From a virus (lineage: Duplodnaviria > Heunggongvirae > Uroviricota > Caudoviricetes), in the IMG/VR virus record IMGVR_UViG_3300037067_027627: a stretch of 25,868 nt of DNA. One strand, written 5' to 3'. This document shows, in pieces, positions 7,517 through 16,700 of the stretch. The position numbers were made by a program, and so were the translations under genes. Under the pieces are notes generated by a model that saw only the letters and a list, made by a program, of their open reading frames with translations, searched no databases and had not been told where the DNA came from. Every line of letters begins with the position of its first letter. The stretch's first letter is position 1.

Positions 7517-8314
7517 TGGCGCGACAATTTCATGCGCATCATTCTTTTTCTTGTATTTTTCTACAATGACATCTATTTCAGTTCGCGCAATATTGTTGTA
7601 ATTTTCAGAAATATCAATGCCTATGTACTTTCTCCCGAGTACCTTACACGCAGATCCGGTTGTTCCGCGCCCACTGAACGGATCTAAAACCGTATCCCCT
7701 GCATATGAAAGGATATTTATCGCGCGCAAAGGAAGATCAATACTGAAACTCGCTTGTGTTTTTGTAGATGTTTGTGCGCGATACTTCCAAACTCCTTTCA
7801 CAGAAGTCATAAATTCGTCTCTGTCTATCGTTGAAACTCCGCGATGTTGTTTTTTCCAGATCGGTTTGGACGCAATAAGTACACATTCCTCCGGGTTGTA
7901 AATATATGGAGCAGACGGAGACTTCCACGAACCCCAAGCGCAGTAATTTATGCGTTCTGATTGATCTTCGTCCAGTCTGACAATGCCATGAAACTCAAAT
8001 CCGACCTCTTTCATAATCTGCCAAACATCCGAAATTACAAAAACGCGACCTCCACGACCGGGCTGACTGATTTCGTAGAACAGATTTAAAGCAATACGAC
8101 CGTCATCTTTCAAGACATTATACGCTGCAACCAACCACTCGCGCATAAATATCAGATACTCTGCGTATTGCTTCTCATCGTCCCAACTGTCATACTTTAT
8201 CTTACAGTTGTACGGAGGGGAAGTTACGATCAAGTCTATAGACTTTGGTGGAATTGTTGTCCCCATCACAACACGCGAGTCGCCGGTTATTAAAATTGGA
8301 TCAAACTCTGTCAT
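7514..8314 (-). CDS. Beta-class N4-cytosine/N6-adenine DNA methyltransferase
   Basis: Motif IV DLIVTSPPY precedes motif I VLDPFSGRGTT. SPPY favours m4C. Start ATG 8314 overlaps the SLOG stop. Confidence 0.92.
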   Translation of the reverse strand: MTEFDPILITGDSRVVMGTTIPPKSIDLIVTSPPYNCKIKYDSWDDEKQYAEYLIFMREWLVAAYNVLKDDGRIALNLFYEISQPGRGGRVFVISDVWQIMKEVGFEFHGIVRLDEDQSERINYCAWGSWKSPSAPYIYNPEECVLIASKPIWKKQHRGVSTIDRDEFMTSVKGVWKYRAQTSTKTQASFSIDLPLRAINILSYAGDTVLDPFSGRGTTGSACKVLGRKYIGIDISENYNNIARTEIDVIVEKYKKKNDAHEIVAP

Positions 8315-8811
8315 CTCAACACCTTGTGACCTTGGGTTTTGTACTTCCACATCTTCAATGCACCTGCAACAACACGTTCAGTACGTTCTCGTATTCCGGG
8401 TGCTACAGACTCACGATTGCCAGCGATATTGATTACAAACACCGCATCTCCATCTAGAATCTTGTTCATCTTGCTAAGTACCGTAAGTATCACATACGAA
8501 GCCGGATTAACACGGTATGGCTTTTTTAGTTCCCGGCACGTCCTGATTGTAAGTTTTGTACCCGGACTTTCTAGATGATCTGCGAAAATCAATGTCAAAT
8601 CAGATGTGCGAACGTTCTCTTTCGTTCGTTCCACATAATCATATCCCTTGTCTTCGAGAAAATAGAACGTTTCTAATTCCTTGAAATAACCATCTTCTGT
8701 TTTAAACTGTTTTGCCGCACATCCGCCGGTTGGTATATCGTGTGCTTTAGCAGCGCGCAATCCTCCGATATCTGCTCCGGTTTGTCCACCCGAAATAATT
8801 TTGAGTTTCAC
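8311..8811 (-). CDS. SLOG-superfamily protein (putative molybdenum-carrier/YpsA-like)
   Basis: KIISGGQTGADIGGLRAA, RTKENVRTSD, SPGT, INIAGNRES. GTG start overlaps the thymidylate synthase stop (GTGA). Confidence 0.85.
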   Translation of the reverse strand: MKLKIISGGQTGADIGGLRAAKAHDIPTGGCAAKQFKTEDGYFKELETFYFLEDKGYDYVERTKENVRTSDLTLIFADHLESPGTKLTIRTCRELKKPYRVNPASYVILTVLSKMNKILDGDAVFVINIAGNRESVAPGIRERTERVVAGALKMWKYKTQGHKVLR

Positions 8812-9629
8812 AGCTCCCACCACACTTTTCCATACATCTTCGCCTCGTTCTTTTTCCTGTTGATCAGAATCGTAAACTCCGATAAGAGGTTTGACTGAGC
8901 ATCACAGTAAATATGCGCGCTCGACGACCATGTGATCAGTGACCCAATACGAACTTCTACTCCAAGATTAAGAGCAACACGTGATGCCACATACTCCATC
9001 AAACCTAGAAGACCAATTGCATTCGCACTGTACCCGGATAACATATCGTGTGACCGGAACGGGAATCTCCCTGACAAATACCATATGGCCGGGTCTTGCC
9101 CATGCGCAACAACACCCTTGCGGATAAGGAAATGCGTAAATTGCAAGCATGGAGGCTCGATTGCATCCGCATCAAGTAATGGATTCCATGTAATTGCAAG
9201 CGCGCGGCGATTTGTCGGGTTCCCGGTGAGTTTCTCTATGATCTTCGCAATCTGATTATATCCAGTTCCATTCCCATTCCCCCACATTATTGGATCAGAT
9301 GATGATTTGGACGGGTAATCACTCGCTTCTATCTTGTATATCGGGTAATCGAATAACCGTATAGGGTATTCGTAAACGAATCCACGGTTCTGAACAGTGC
9401 ACATATCCTTCTTATACTGCGCGATAAAACCGTCCCCAAATTCGCAAGCTGCGCTTATTTGTTTCCCTTCGTTTGGATGACGCACAATAATCATCACAGG
9501 ATCTGTAAGTTCCCATGTGTTCATCCATTTCCCGGGCTCAACTTCGATGCTCGTAAGTGCTCCTTCGTCTACAATAGCATCGACAATACGTTCATGTGCT
9601 TCCGATATGTGTTGTGCAATAATTTCCAT
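8808..9629 (-). CDS. thyA: Archaeal-type thymidylate synthase (ThyA fold) or related dUMP-modifying enzyme
   Basis: Catalytic PPCL, RSHD, SAN (Asn at the dUMP-specificity position), SAHIY, and NPTNRRA. Confidence 0.85.
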   Translation of the reverse strand: MEIIAQHISEAHERIVDAIVDEGALTSIEVEPGKWMNTWELTDPVMIIVRHPNEGKQISAACEFGDGFIAQYKKDMCTVQNRGFVYEYPIRLFDYPIYKIEASDYPSKSSSDPIMWGNGNGTGYNQIAKIIEKLTGNPTNRRALAITWNPLLDADAIEPPCLQFTHFLIRKGVVAHGQDPAIWYLSGRFPFRSHDMLSGYSANAIGLLGLMEYVASRVALNLGVEVRIGSLITWSSSAHIYCDAQSNLLSEFTILINRKKNEAKMYGKVWWEL

Positions 9630-9632
9630 GAT

Positions 9633-9812
9633 TTAATCCCCGAGAACCAAAGTCAATGCATCACGCTCTGCAACAAGCGAATCCAAAGCCTCATAAGCTT
9701 CCATAGACAGATCGAGATCAAGAGCGATTTTATTGTCAATGTTCCTGATTTCCCCTACCACTTCCACAAGCCTTTCTCTTATTACCGATTCCATTTTCAT
9801 AACACTGTTCAT
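9633..9812 (-). CDS. 59-aa hypothetical helical protein, below the ORF-track cutoff
   Basis: MNSVMKMESVIRERLVEVVGEIRNIDNKIALDLDLSMEAYEALDSLVAERDALTLVLGD, with a strong GAGGTGA SD; it fills the gap in the operon. Confidence 0.62.
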   Translation of the reverse strand: MNSVMKMESVIRERLVEVVGEIRNIDNKIALDLDLSMEAYEALDSLVAERDALTLVLGD

Positions 9813-9825
9813 AATCTAGTTCACC

Positions 9826-10452
9826 TCACGACCATTCAGACGAAGGGCACCCATATCTCCAACGAAGTTCGGGCATCCCGACAATCATTTTTTTCATAAC
9901 CCCGTCTAACTTAACGTCCTGTAATATCACATGCCCGGGATTTACATCAGTCCCGTATAACAATGTGAAGAATACGGTAGACGCAGAATACACGTCAAAC
10001 GATCCCGCGTCCTCTGGATCGTCATCATCACCATCGTTGATCACAATACGGGATGCCGTGTGATACGACACCTTGTTAAATAGTTTAAGGAGACGGGAAT
10101 CACCACCGTGGTATGACAGAAGATGATTCTCTCCACGATCTTGCGGAGCATCGAAAAATTCATTCTCTTTGATTCTCTTTATGATGTTATTTCGACCTGC
10201 TCCACAGAAAAACACCTGCAAGTTGATATCACGAAGATCATCCATGTTGGAGACAATCCAATCTATACCGCGCGCCATCGCATCGATCTCCACGTGATCG
10301 TCTATCAGGTAATCGTGGCAATCGCGGAAACTCCGTTTTAAAATCTTCCCATCTTCGATAACTATGAAAGCTCCAATCACCACACGTTGTTTCTGACCCC
10401 AGATATACGGATAGAAAGATCTGGAATACGCGCACAGTTTTACTTGCCCCAT
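9826..10452 (-). CDS. Hypothetical protein, possibly a degenerate RNase H-like fold
   Basis: Intact 208-aa ORF with its own TATA box. The pattern GAFIVIEDGKIL...HVEIDAMARGIDWI...LQVFFC is weakly RNase HI-like. Confidence 0.6.
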   Translation of the reverse strand: MGQVKLCAYSRSFYPYIWGQKQRVVIGAFIVIEDGKILKRSFRDCHDYLIDDHVEIDAMARGIDWIVSNMDDLRDINLQVFFCGAGRNNIIKRIKENEFFDAPQDRGENHLLSYHGGDSRLLKLFNKVSYHTASRIVINDGDDDDPEDAGSFDVYSASTVFFTLLYGTDVNPGHVILQDVKLDGVMKKMIVGMPELRWRYGCPSSEWS

Positions 10453-10495
10453 CTGATCCCCACAATACGTTTGTTAAGTGTGGATATAAATGTTC

Positions 10496-11035
10496 CTAAA
10501 TGTGGCAAATCTCAGTGAGATCAGACGCTTTCAAATTCCAGCAATCGGCATGAGCCGTAAAATTGTTCGATGTATCAACGTCTCCTTTCTTTACAAATCT
10601 TGCCTTGGTGTGGTAGTCATGCACTGGTATGTACCCGAGAATATACGCTCGCGCATACAACTTGTCATGCCGTAATAAAGACACAAATATATAATAGTCA
10701 GCCTGTTGATGGAAACTGGTATTAGCAACCGAACATTCGTAATCTGGATTCGGAAGAACAGTCCTGTCTTTTGTTTTGATCTCTAAACGGTATCCATCGA
10801 TTTTCGCATCGTAATCAAACGTATCCTCGCGTATCACCCCATAGATTGCACGCTCGACTGCCTCCTGCCCGATATACCCGGCAAGATTTCCGGAACCCTC
10901 ACGTATGGAATCTCGCAATGATCCAAGACCGATTGCACGCTTAGTGCATTTGAAAAGAATATCGTCTGTTATAGGAACAACGATATTCCCATATTTATCC
11001 TTCGGGTATGTATATCTTGCATAAAGGGAAATCAT
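10496..11035 (-). CDS. PD-(D/E)XK restriction-endonuclease-like protein
   Basis: GYIGQEAV (helix Glu), FDYDAKIDGYRLEIKTK (D...ExK core), ADYYIFV. Confidence 0.73.
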   Translation of the reverse strand: MISLYARYTYPKDKYGNIVVPITDDILFKCTKRAIGLGSLRDSIREGSGNLAGYIGQEAVERAIYGVIREDTFDYDAKIDGYRLEIKTKDRTVLPNPDYECSVANTSFHQQADYYIFVSLLRHDKLYARAYILGYIPVHDYHTKARFVKKGDVDTSNNFTAHADCWNLKASDLTEICHI

Positions 11036-11038
11036 TCT

Positions 11039-12496
11039 TCACACTACTGCTTGCACAATCCTTCTGCGCGCGTCCTCAAACGTGGTTGTATTCTTCTCAA
11101 TTCCTATGAACTTTCTCACAGTGAGCTTGGACGCTATTCCATACGTTCCAGTTCCCATGAACGGATCGCAAACCACATCTCCGGGTTTGCTGAACGCATC
11201 TACCAGCGGAAGAATCTCTTCCACAGACTGCTGCCACTCATGTTCTGTCTTCTCGCGCCCGCTTCCCTCAACAAGATCGTTATACATCTTGTATGGTTTA
11301 TGAATCGGACTCTTCATCCCAATAATGATCGGCTTAAACCCGTTCATTGCACCAACATGGTGCATTGCTGCAAGATGCCCTTTATGCGCAAGCGCGCATT
11401 CGTGATAAAACTCCAACGCTTCGTCTTTGAAATCGGATTTACACTGCGCAAATCCTTCAAACACTTCCGGGAGCCGCACGTGTCCTACAACCATTATCAT
11501 AACTCCGCCGGGTTTGAGTATACGATTAAACACGCTCATGCACGGGGCGATGTTTTCCTTCCACTCATCCACATACGGGACATCGGTGAGAACAAGATCT
11601 ACGGAGTCGTCTGTGATGGACGATTCATACTCGAAAAAGTCGTCATTTACGAGTACCATCGTATCCGGAAGTTTCTTGGCTTCCTCTGCAAGTGCATTAA
11701 ACTCGTCACGCTGCTTCTCGCGCGTTGTCAAAGCCGTGCCTTCTTTCACAGTTTTGATCATACCGCCTTTGATTTTTGTGATGACAGACCGCTGCTCAGA
11801 AGGAGTGAGTTTGATAAGACGAAGAAGTTCAGCTTTGTTGTCTGCGATATCCATTCCGCGAATAAGCTCACGAACCTCCCCGTCTATACCGGTAGCAATC
11901 TGCATACGATACTGAACGTCACGTTCTCCCATTCCCATTTCGTGAGCTATATTTTTCGTAGTAACTTTCTGGCTTGGTTTCTTCTTTGTGGTGGTGAACG
12001 TTTGTTCACCACCATTTTCGATCTCTACAAGTTGGTCGCCGTTGGTTACGTGCTGGTTGTCCCCGCGCTTTGCTCTTTCTCCAAGCGCTGTCAATAACTG
12101 ATCTCTGCGTTTTAGATGTTCTCCTTCCTCAAGCACGGTCAGGTTATGACGAAGAAGATTCTCGTCTATTGTAACAAGCTCGTTTAGAATATCGTCTGCC
12201 GGTATAATTTCGGCTTTGATCTCTTTCCACCCGAGAGCCCTAGCAGCAGCAAGCCTGTGGTTTCCAGCGACAAGAACCATATCCGAGGTTACAGTAATAG
12301 CATGATGAAGTCCGATGAGTTTCATACTCCCGGTAAGCATCTGAATCTTTTCCGGACTCATCTTCCGTTTGAGTGTTTTGGGAAGAACGATGTCGTCTAT
12401 AGGGATTATAATCTCTCTACACGCAGGAAGATTCGCCCACGATGGAACGTCTTCGTCAGCACCCGTGGTTTTTACCTCTATTTTATTTTTAACCAT
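11039..12496 (-). CDS. ParB-N domain fused to a beta-class DNA methyltransferase
   Basis: ParB-N: LHHAITV...LVAGNHRLAAARALGWKEI, DENLLRHNL. MTase: DLVLTDVPY (motif IV), VVCDPFMGTGT (motif I). Start either ATG 12496 or GTG 12517. Confidence 0.9.
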   Translation of the reverse strand: MVKNKIEVKTTGADEDVPSWANLPACREIIIPIDDIVLPKTLKRKMSPEKIQMLTGSMKLIGLHHAITVTSDMVLVAGNHRLAAARALGWKEIKAEIIPADDILNELVTIDENLLRHNLTVLEEGEHLKRRDQLLTALGERAKRGDNQHVTNGDQLVEIENGGEQTFTTTKKKPSQKVTTKNIAHEMGMGERDVQYRMQIATGIDGEVRELIRGMDIADNKAELLRLIKLTPSEQRSVITKIKGGMIKTVKEGTALTTREKQRDEFNALAEEAKKLPDTMVLVNDDFFEYESSITDDSVDLVLTDVPYVDEWKENIAPCMSVFNRILKPGGVMIMVVGHVRLPEVFEGFAQCKSDFKDEALEFYHECALAHKGHLAAMHHVGAMNGFKPIIIGMKSPIHKPYKMYNDLVEGSGREKTEHEWQQSVEEILPLVDAFSKPGDVVCDPFMGTGTYGIASKLTVRKFIGIEKNTTTFEDARRRIVQAVV

Positions 12497-12577
12497 AACC
12501 CATCTACCCTCAGACACAATGTGTACACTGTTTTGTTTGTAAACACCGTGTGTGGTATAAGTTTAAAAAGAGATGCA

Positions 12578-13117
12578 TTATAATCTGGTTGTAAGTTTGC
12601 GTGTATCCCAACGTCTGTTGATAATATCTATATCATCGGACGTAATCGGTTCTGTTATTCCAACATCTATATAAACGTTTTCGTACTTCAAATCACACAT
12701 TCCCCACCCTTCGTTAAATCTATTACGATATAGCACGTCTGTTACAGCGTCGCTTAGCAACCACGCATATACCCGTTCCTTTGCATACGGAGGTTGTGGA
12801 ACCAATTTACTTGGGTCAAAACACGTGTGAATAAACTCCCGCGCATGCCACGGCGGGGTTGATTTTCCGGGAGACTGCGGAATAAATGCAACCATTGTCC
12901 CGAGACGAATATACCCATACAACGTCTTCTCAGCTCCGTGAGCATCGTGCTCCAGAGGAACACCGTGAGTAAATGTAAGTGAAGAATGCCACGGGTGCCT
13001 CGGAGAACATGCCCCGTATAGATCCGCAGGTGTATCACTGATCATCATTGGGACATTTACGTGTTTCTTTCCTTCTCCTACGGATAAAACATAACTCCCG
13101 CGCAGGTCAATCATCAT
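12578..13117 (-). CDS. Hypothetical protein, possibly a divergent ASCH/PUA domain
   Basis: GEGKKHV, LYGYIRL and VYAWLLSD echo ASCH motifs (GxKxxExR, GxIIGxV, YAWxL), but the ExR is absent. Confidence 0.5.
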   Translation of the reverse strand: MMIDLRGSYVLSVGEGKKHVNVPMMISDTPADLYGACSPRHPWHSSLTFTHGVPLEHDAHGAEKTLYGYIRLGTMVAFIPQSPGKSTPPWHAREFIHTCFDPSKLVPQPPYAKERVYAWLLSDAVTDVLYRNRFNEGWGMCDLKYENVYIDVGITEPITSDDIDIINRRWDTRKLTTRL

Positions 13118-13530
13118 TCTTCATCATCATCCGATATCATTTCCGAGTAATCTATCACAAGCGTGTTGCGTTCTACCAGATCTGCTTTGTATTTCTCATA
13201 GTCTATATTAAACGCTGGAAGAAGATCACGTATCATTGTTTCCATTTGTTTTACTGCAAGGAGAAGCATATGCTGCTGCGCAATAATCTCGTTTATTTTA
13301 TCAATTGCGAGTTCTGTGTCAATCCGCATATCGAGAATTGTCATCCCGATTTCACCGAGTTCATTCTTGGTTATGCCTTCGTTGAGTAAATGCGAGTTTA
13401 AAAATACAATATTGTTCAATGTATCTGATGTATCAAGTTCCGATGATATCAGTGCATCGTATGCATCGGCACACTTGTTTCCAGTTGTATCAAACATCTT
13501 TATAAATTTGTCTTTGCTAATACCGGGCAT
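13114..13530 (-). CDS. Hypothetical acidic helical protein
   Basis: 138-aa ORF; its stop overlaps the next start (ATGA). Confidence 0.68.
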   Translation of the reverse strand: MPGISKDKFIKMFDTTGNKCADAYDALISSELDTSDTLNNIVFLNSHLLNEGITKNELGEIGMTILDMRIDTELAIDKINEIIAQQHMLLLAVKQMETMIRDLLPAFNIDYEKYKADLVERNTLVIDYSEMISDDDEE

Positions 13531-13536
13531 GATGGT

Positions 13537-13785
13537 TCACCGTTCTTGTTTCTCTATTTTCGCAAGTTCTTGTATAGCAACTCCCAATGGTTCGTAACAA
13601 AGATCTATTGATACGAATGTCATTCCAGCAGATTCGTCATAAACCGTATATGGAAGTCGTCTGGCTGGTATAAAGAGTATTCTAGCAACCACAGATCTGA
13701 CTTTATCGACATTTTTGGTATTAACACCAATCCTCAAATGTGGCATCTGCCCCAGACCCCAGTAATTAACATACTCGATTATCAT
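13537..13785 (-). CDS. Hypothetical protein
   Basis: 82-aa ORF starting 5 nt after the primpol stop. Confidence 0.58.
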   Translation of the reverse strand: MIIEYVNYWGLGQMPHLRIGVNTKNVDKVRSVVARILFIPARRLPYTVYDESAGMTFVSIDLCYEPLGVAIQELAKIEKQER

Positions 13786-13790
13786 CGCAA

Positions 13791-16700
13791 TTACCAATCC
13801 GCATCAGATGTATTTGAAGCTTTCGCGTTTTTCGGGGGATCCCCATACAACGATTTGTCTGGCAACCGATAATATCTCTGCACACCATCATACTCGCTTC
13901 GTAGTAACCCGGCTTTTACCATACCTTCCAGTGTTGCAGCAATCTTTTTTCGTGAAACTTTCCCATTACCTCCAATCTTGCGTACATCTGGTGCCAACCC
14001 CCCACTTTGATCCCGGTTGCGTTGGAAGCCTTCTTCCCCCAATATAAAGCCAGATGGTTTTGTTAAAACAAGTTTACTTGTTTTATCATCTTCCTCCTTT
14101 CTACGACGTGAAGTGCTCACGTCGATGGGTGCCTTTTTTGCGCAGAATCGGCTGACCCCTGAAATAAGCCCAAATAGGGCTTTTTCGGATCTTTTCCACC
14201 CACACTTAATGTTCGGATCTGCAAGAATATAGTCCCGAATGCCTGTATCTACCAGATTTAGTGCTTCAAGATTGGACGACAGGTACTTGTCAGATTCCAT
14301 GATCGGACTTATATCTTTGAAATAAACCCCTTTCAAGGCAGAATCAGATACTTTATTTTTCAAAAACTGTCTTAGTACTTGTTCACAGTAAGGCTTAATT
14401 TGTAAGTTCGCATTTCTGTCTCTGTTTTTAATTTGCTCGTGTCTGGAGACTTTTTTTGCGATTCTACGGATCACCTGTGCCACAGATTCCAATTTGGGGT
14501 TCATTTTAGTGCTCGCATCCTCTGACGCAACAGCAACCATGTGATCATGCATTTGTGTACGAACTGTTGGAAGAATTTTTGTCACATCAGATTCCCGGAT
14601 CACAATAATCTTAGCATCCATCTCTTTCGTGGATAACTCACCCGGGCTGTTGATAGGATCGAATTCTGTGTCTTTTGTAGGACTGCATCTCAAAACACTG
14701 TTTGTGACTTCATCGCTGATAATCTTGGTAATAATCGTGTTGCATTCAAAGACACCAACCGTGTTTCCTTCGAGTTTATAGTATTCTCGCATCGCTGACC
14801 AGTACGGCACTGAAAAGTTCAAGGAATCTGCGAATATGACATCATAGAACGGAACATCAAGCCCGCGACTAAGTGTGGAATTCGAGTAGAATATATTGGC
14901 TTTTCCAGTTGTCCAGTTGAAGAACTGATCAATTTCACTATCGTTAGTACTGATGATACACTGTGACTTCATGTGCTTTTGTAACGATTCCTGCTTCATT
15001 TTACTCGATTCGAGCACGAGGAACGGAACTGTGGGATCTCCAATCTTGTTGTTCCTTGCGTTTTCGTGAGCTATTATATTCATAAGCGTATACATCATGC
15101 GGGTTTCTGTCTTTTTCTTATCTGATGCCAATCTAATCAGAATGAAATTCTTTGAATACTTGAAGTTGTTTATTTCAACAATCTCACTTTCGTTTTCATA
15201 ATCTTTCCCACATGCATCGCGGATATACATCTCGGATTCTGTAGCTCCGATAATTATACAATGCTTGTAATACTCCTCTGGTATATACAACACTTCGCGG
15301 TTTGCTACAAACTGCAACGTCTTTGGATGGTTCCCGATCCATACAAATGGCATTTTACCCACGTGTATCAACGGTGCGAAGATATCATAGATCGTGGTAT
15401 CGTGTAATCCGTCTATTTCTCTCTCGTATTCTGCGAGTTTCTTTTTGAGAATTCCTTTCTCTTCAAACGTATACTGGTTTGATATATCTATTTTCCCAAA
15501 TTCTACAAGCAGTTCCTCTGCCCTTTCACTATTCGGGTTATCTATAAATTTGTTGATGGAGTCATTCATCAGATTTATAATACTTGTCATCCGAACGAGT
15601 TCTTTGTCCCACCACGGTTTGCGTTTCTTGTCGCTTATCATCTTATCAATGGCGTCGCATATCTTGATTTTATCTCCAAGTTCGTTGTTGCATATAAATG
15701 ATTTCTTTCCGACATACGAATACGACATCAACTCGTAACCCTGAGGGTAGAATGTTGCGCACACCGGGTCTTCGTCTATAATAAGAAGATCCCTCTGCTT
15801 CTTTACTCCACGAACGTGATCCTTATTCATTAGGAAGAATGGAATAGTGAAACAATAATCCGCCTCGGTTTCGGCGAGCATCAGAGTGAAATACGGACAT
15901 ACATCTTTATTATCCATCAACAGATCTGGAGTGAGGATCTGTTCTTTGTGCAGGAGTGTGAGCGAATCGAGTATTGCTTTAGATACCGATAACGTCTCTG
16001 TATCCCCAGCAGCAACGAATGTGTGCGGAGCTTTTGGACAGTTTTCACAGTTGACTCCACCGTCGCGATTGCAGCACTTGTCTTTACCTGCAAGATATAC
16101 TGCTGTTTTCCCGGATCCGATGTATTTTCTAAAAATCTCTATGGCATGAGAGATGATTTCATGCCGGTTTGTACAATATACACCGCCTCCGTTTTTCGCA
16201 AGCCACTCCATAGCGCGATGTGTTTTTCCAAGTCGTGGTGGAGCCTTAAGGAGAGTCCATCTGTGAGCGATTGGTATCTCTACTGGAAGTTCGTCTGCAT
16301 CAACTTTTTTTATCTTTGTAATCTGGTTTTCAAGAATTTTTGTATAATCTGGATTATATTTTTCATTACTACGCGCTTTCTCTACGGTTTGTAGTAGATA
16401 ATCAAGACGGAATACCTTGTCATACGGGCGATACCGTTGAAGAATGGAAGCCCTCTGGTTGTCGTCGAATCTCCAGAAATCGAGTCGTATACATGTTCTG
16501 AAATCTGCTTCACTACGACTCTTCCTATCACCGATGTGGTCTGCCCCTGATAGAAGATCGTTTAGTTCTTTGTCTTTACTACGGACTTCTTCGAGAGTCA
16601 TCCCTACTTCGTTGATCATCTTCTCGGTGATTCCAACGGTTGTAATTTTATTTACGTTGATATATGATTTTATTTTTTCACGCTTATAGGATTTCTGCTT

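Noticed and set aside
11051-12097. 348-aa antisense ORF over the ParB-MTase gene
   Set aside because: No motifs; long antisense ORFs commonly mirror codon bias of the sense gene.
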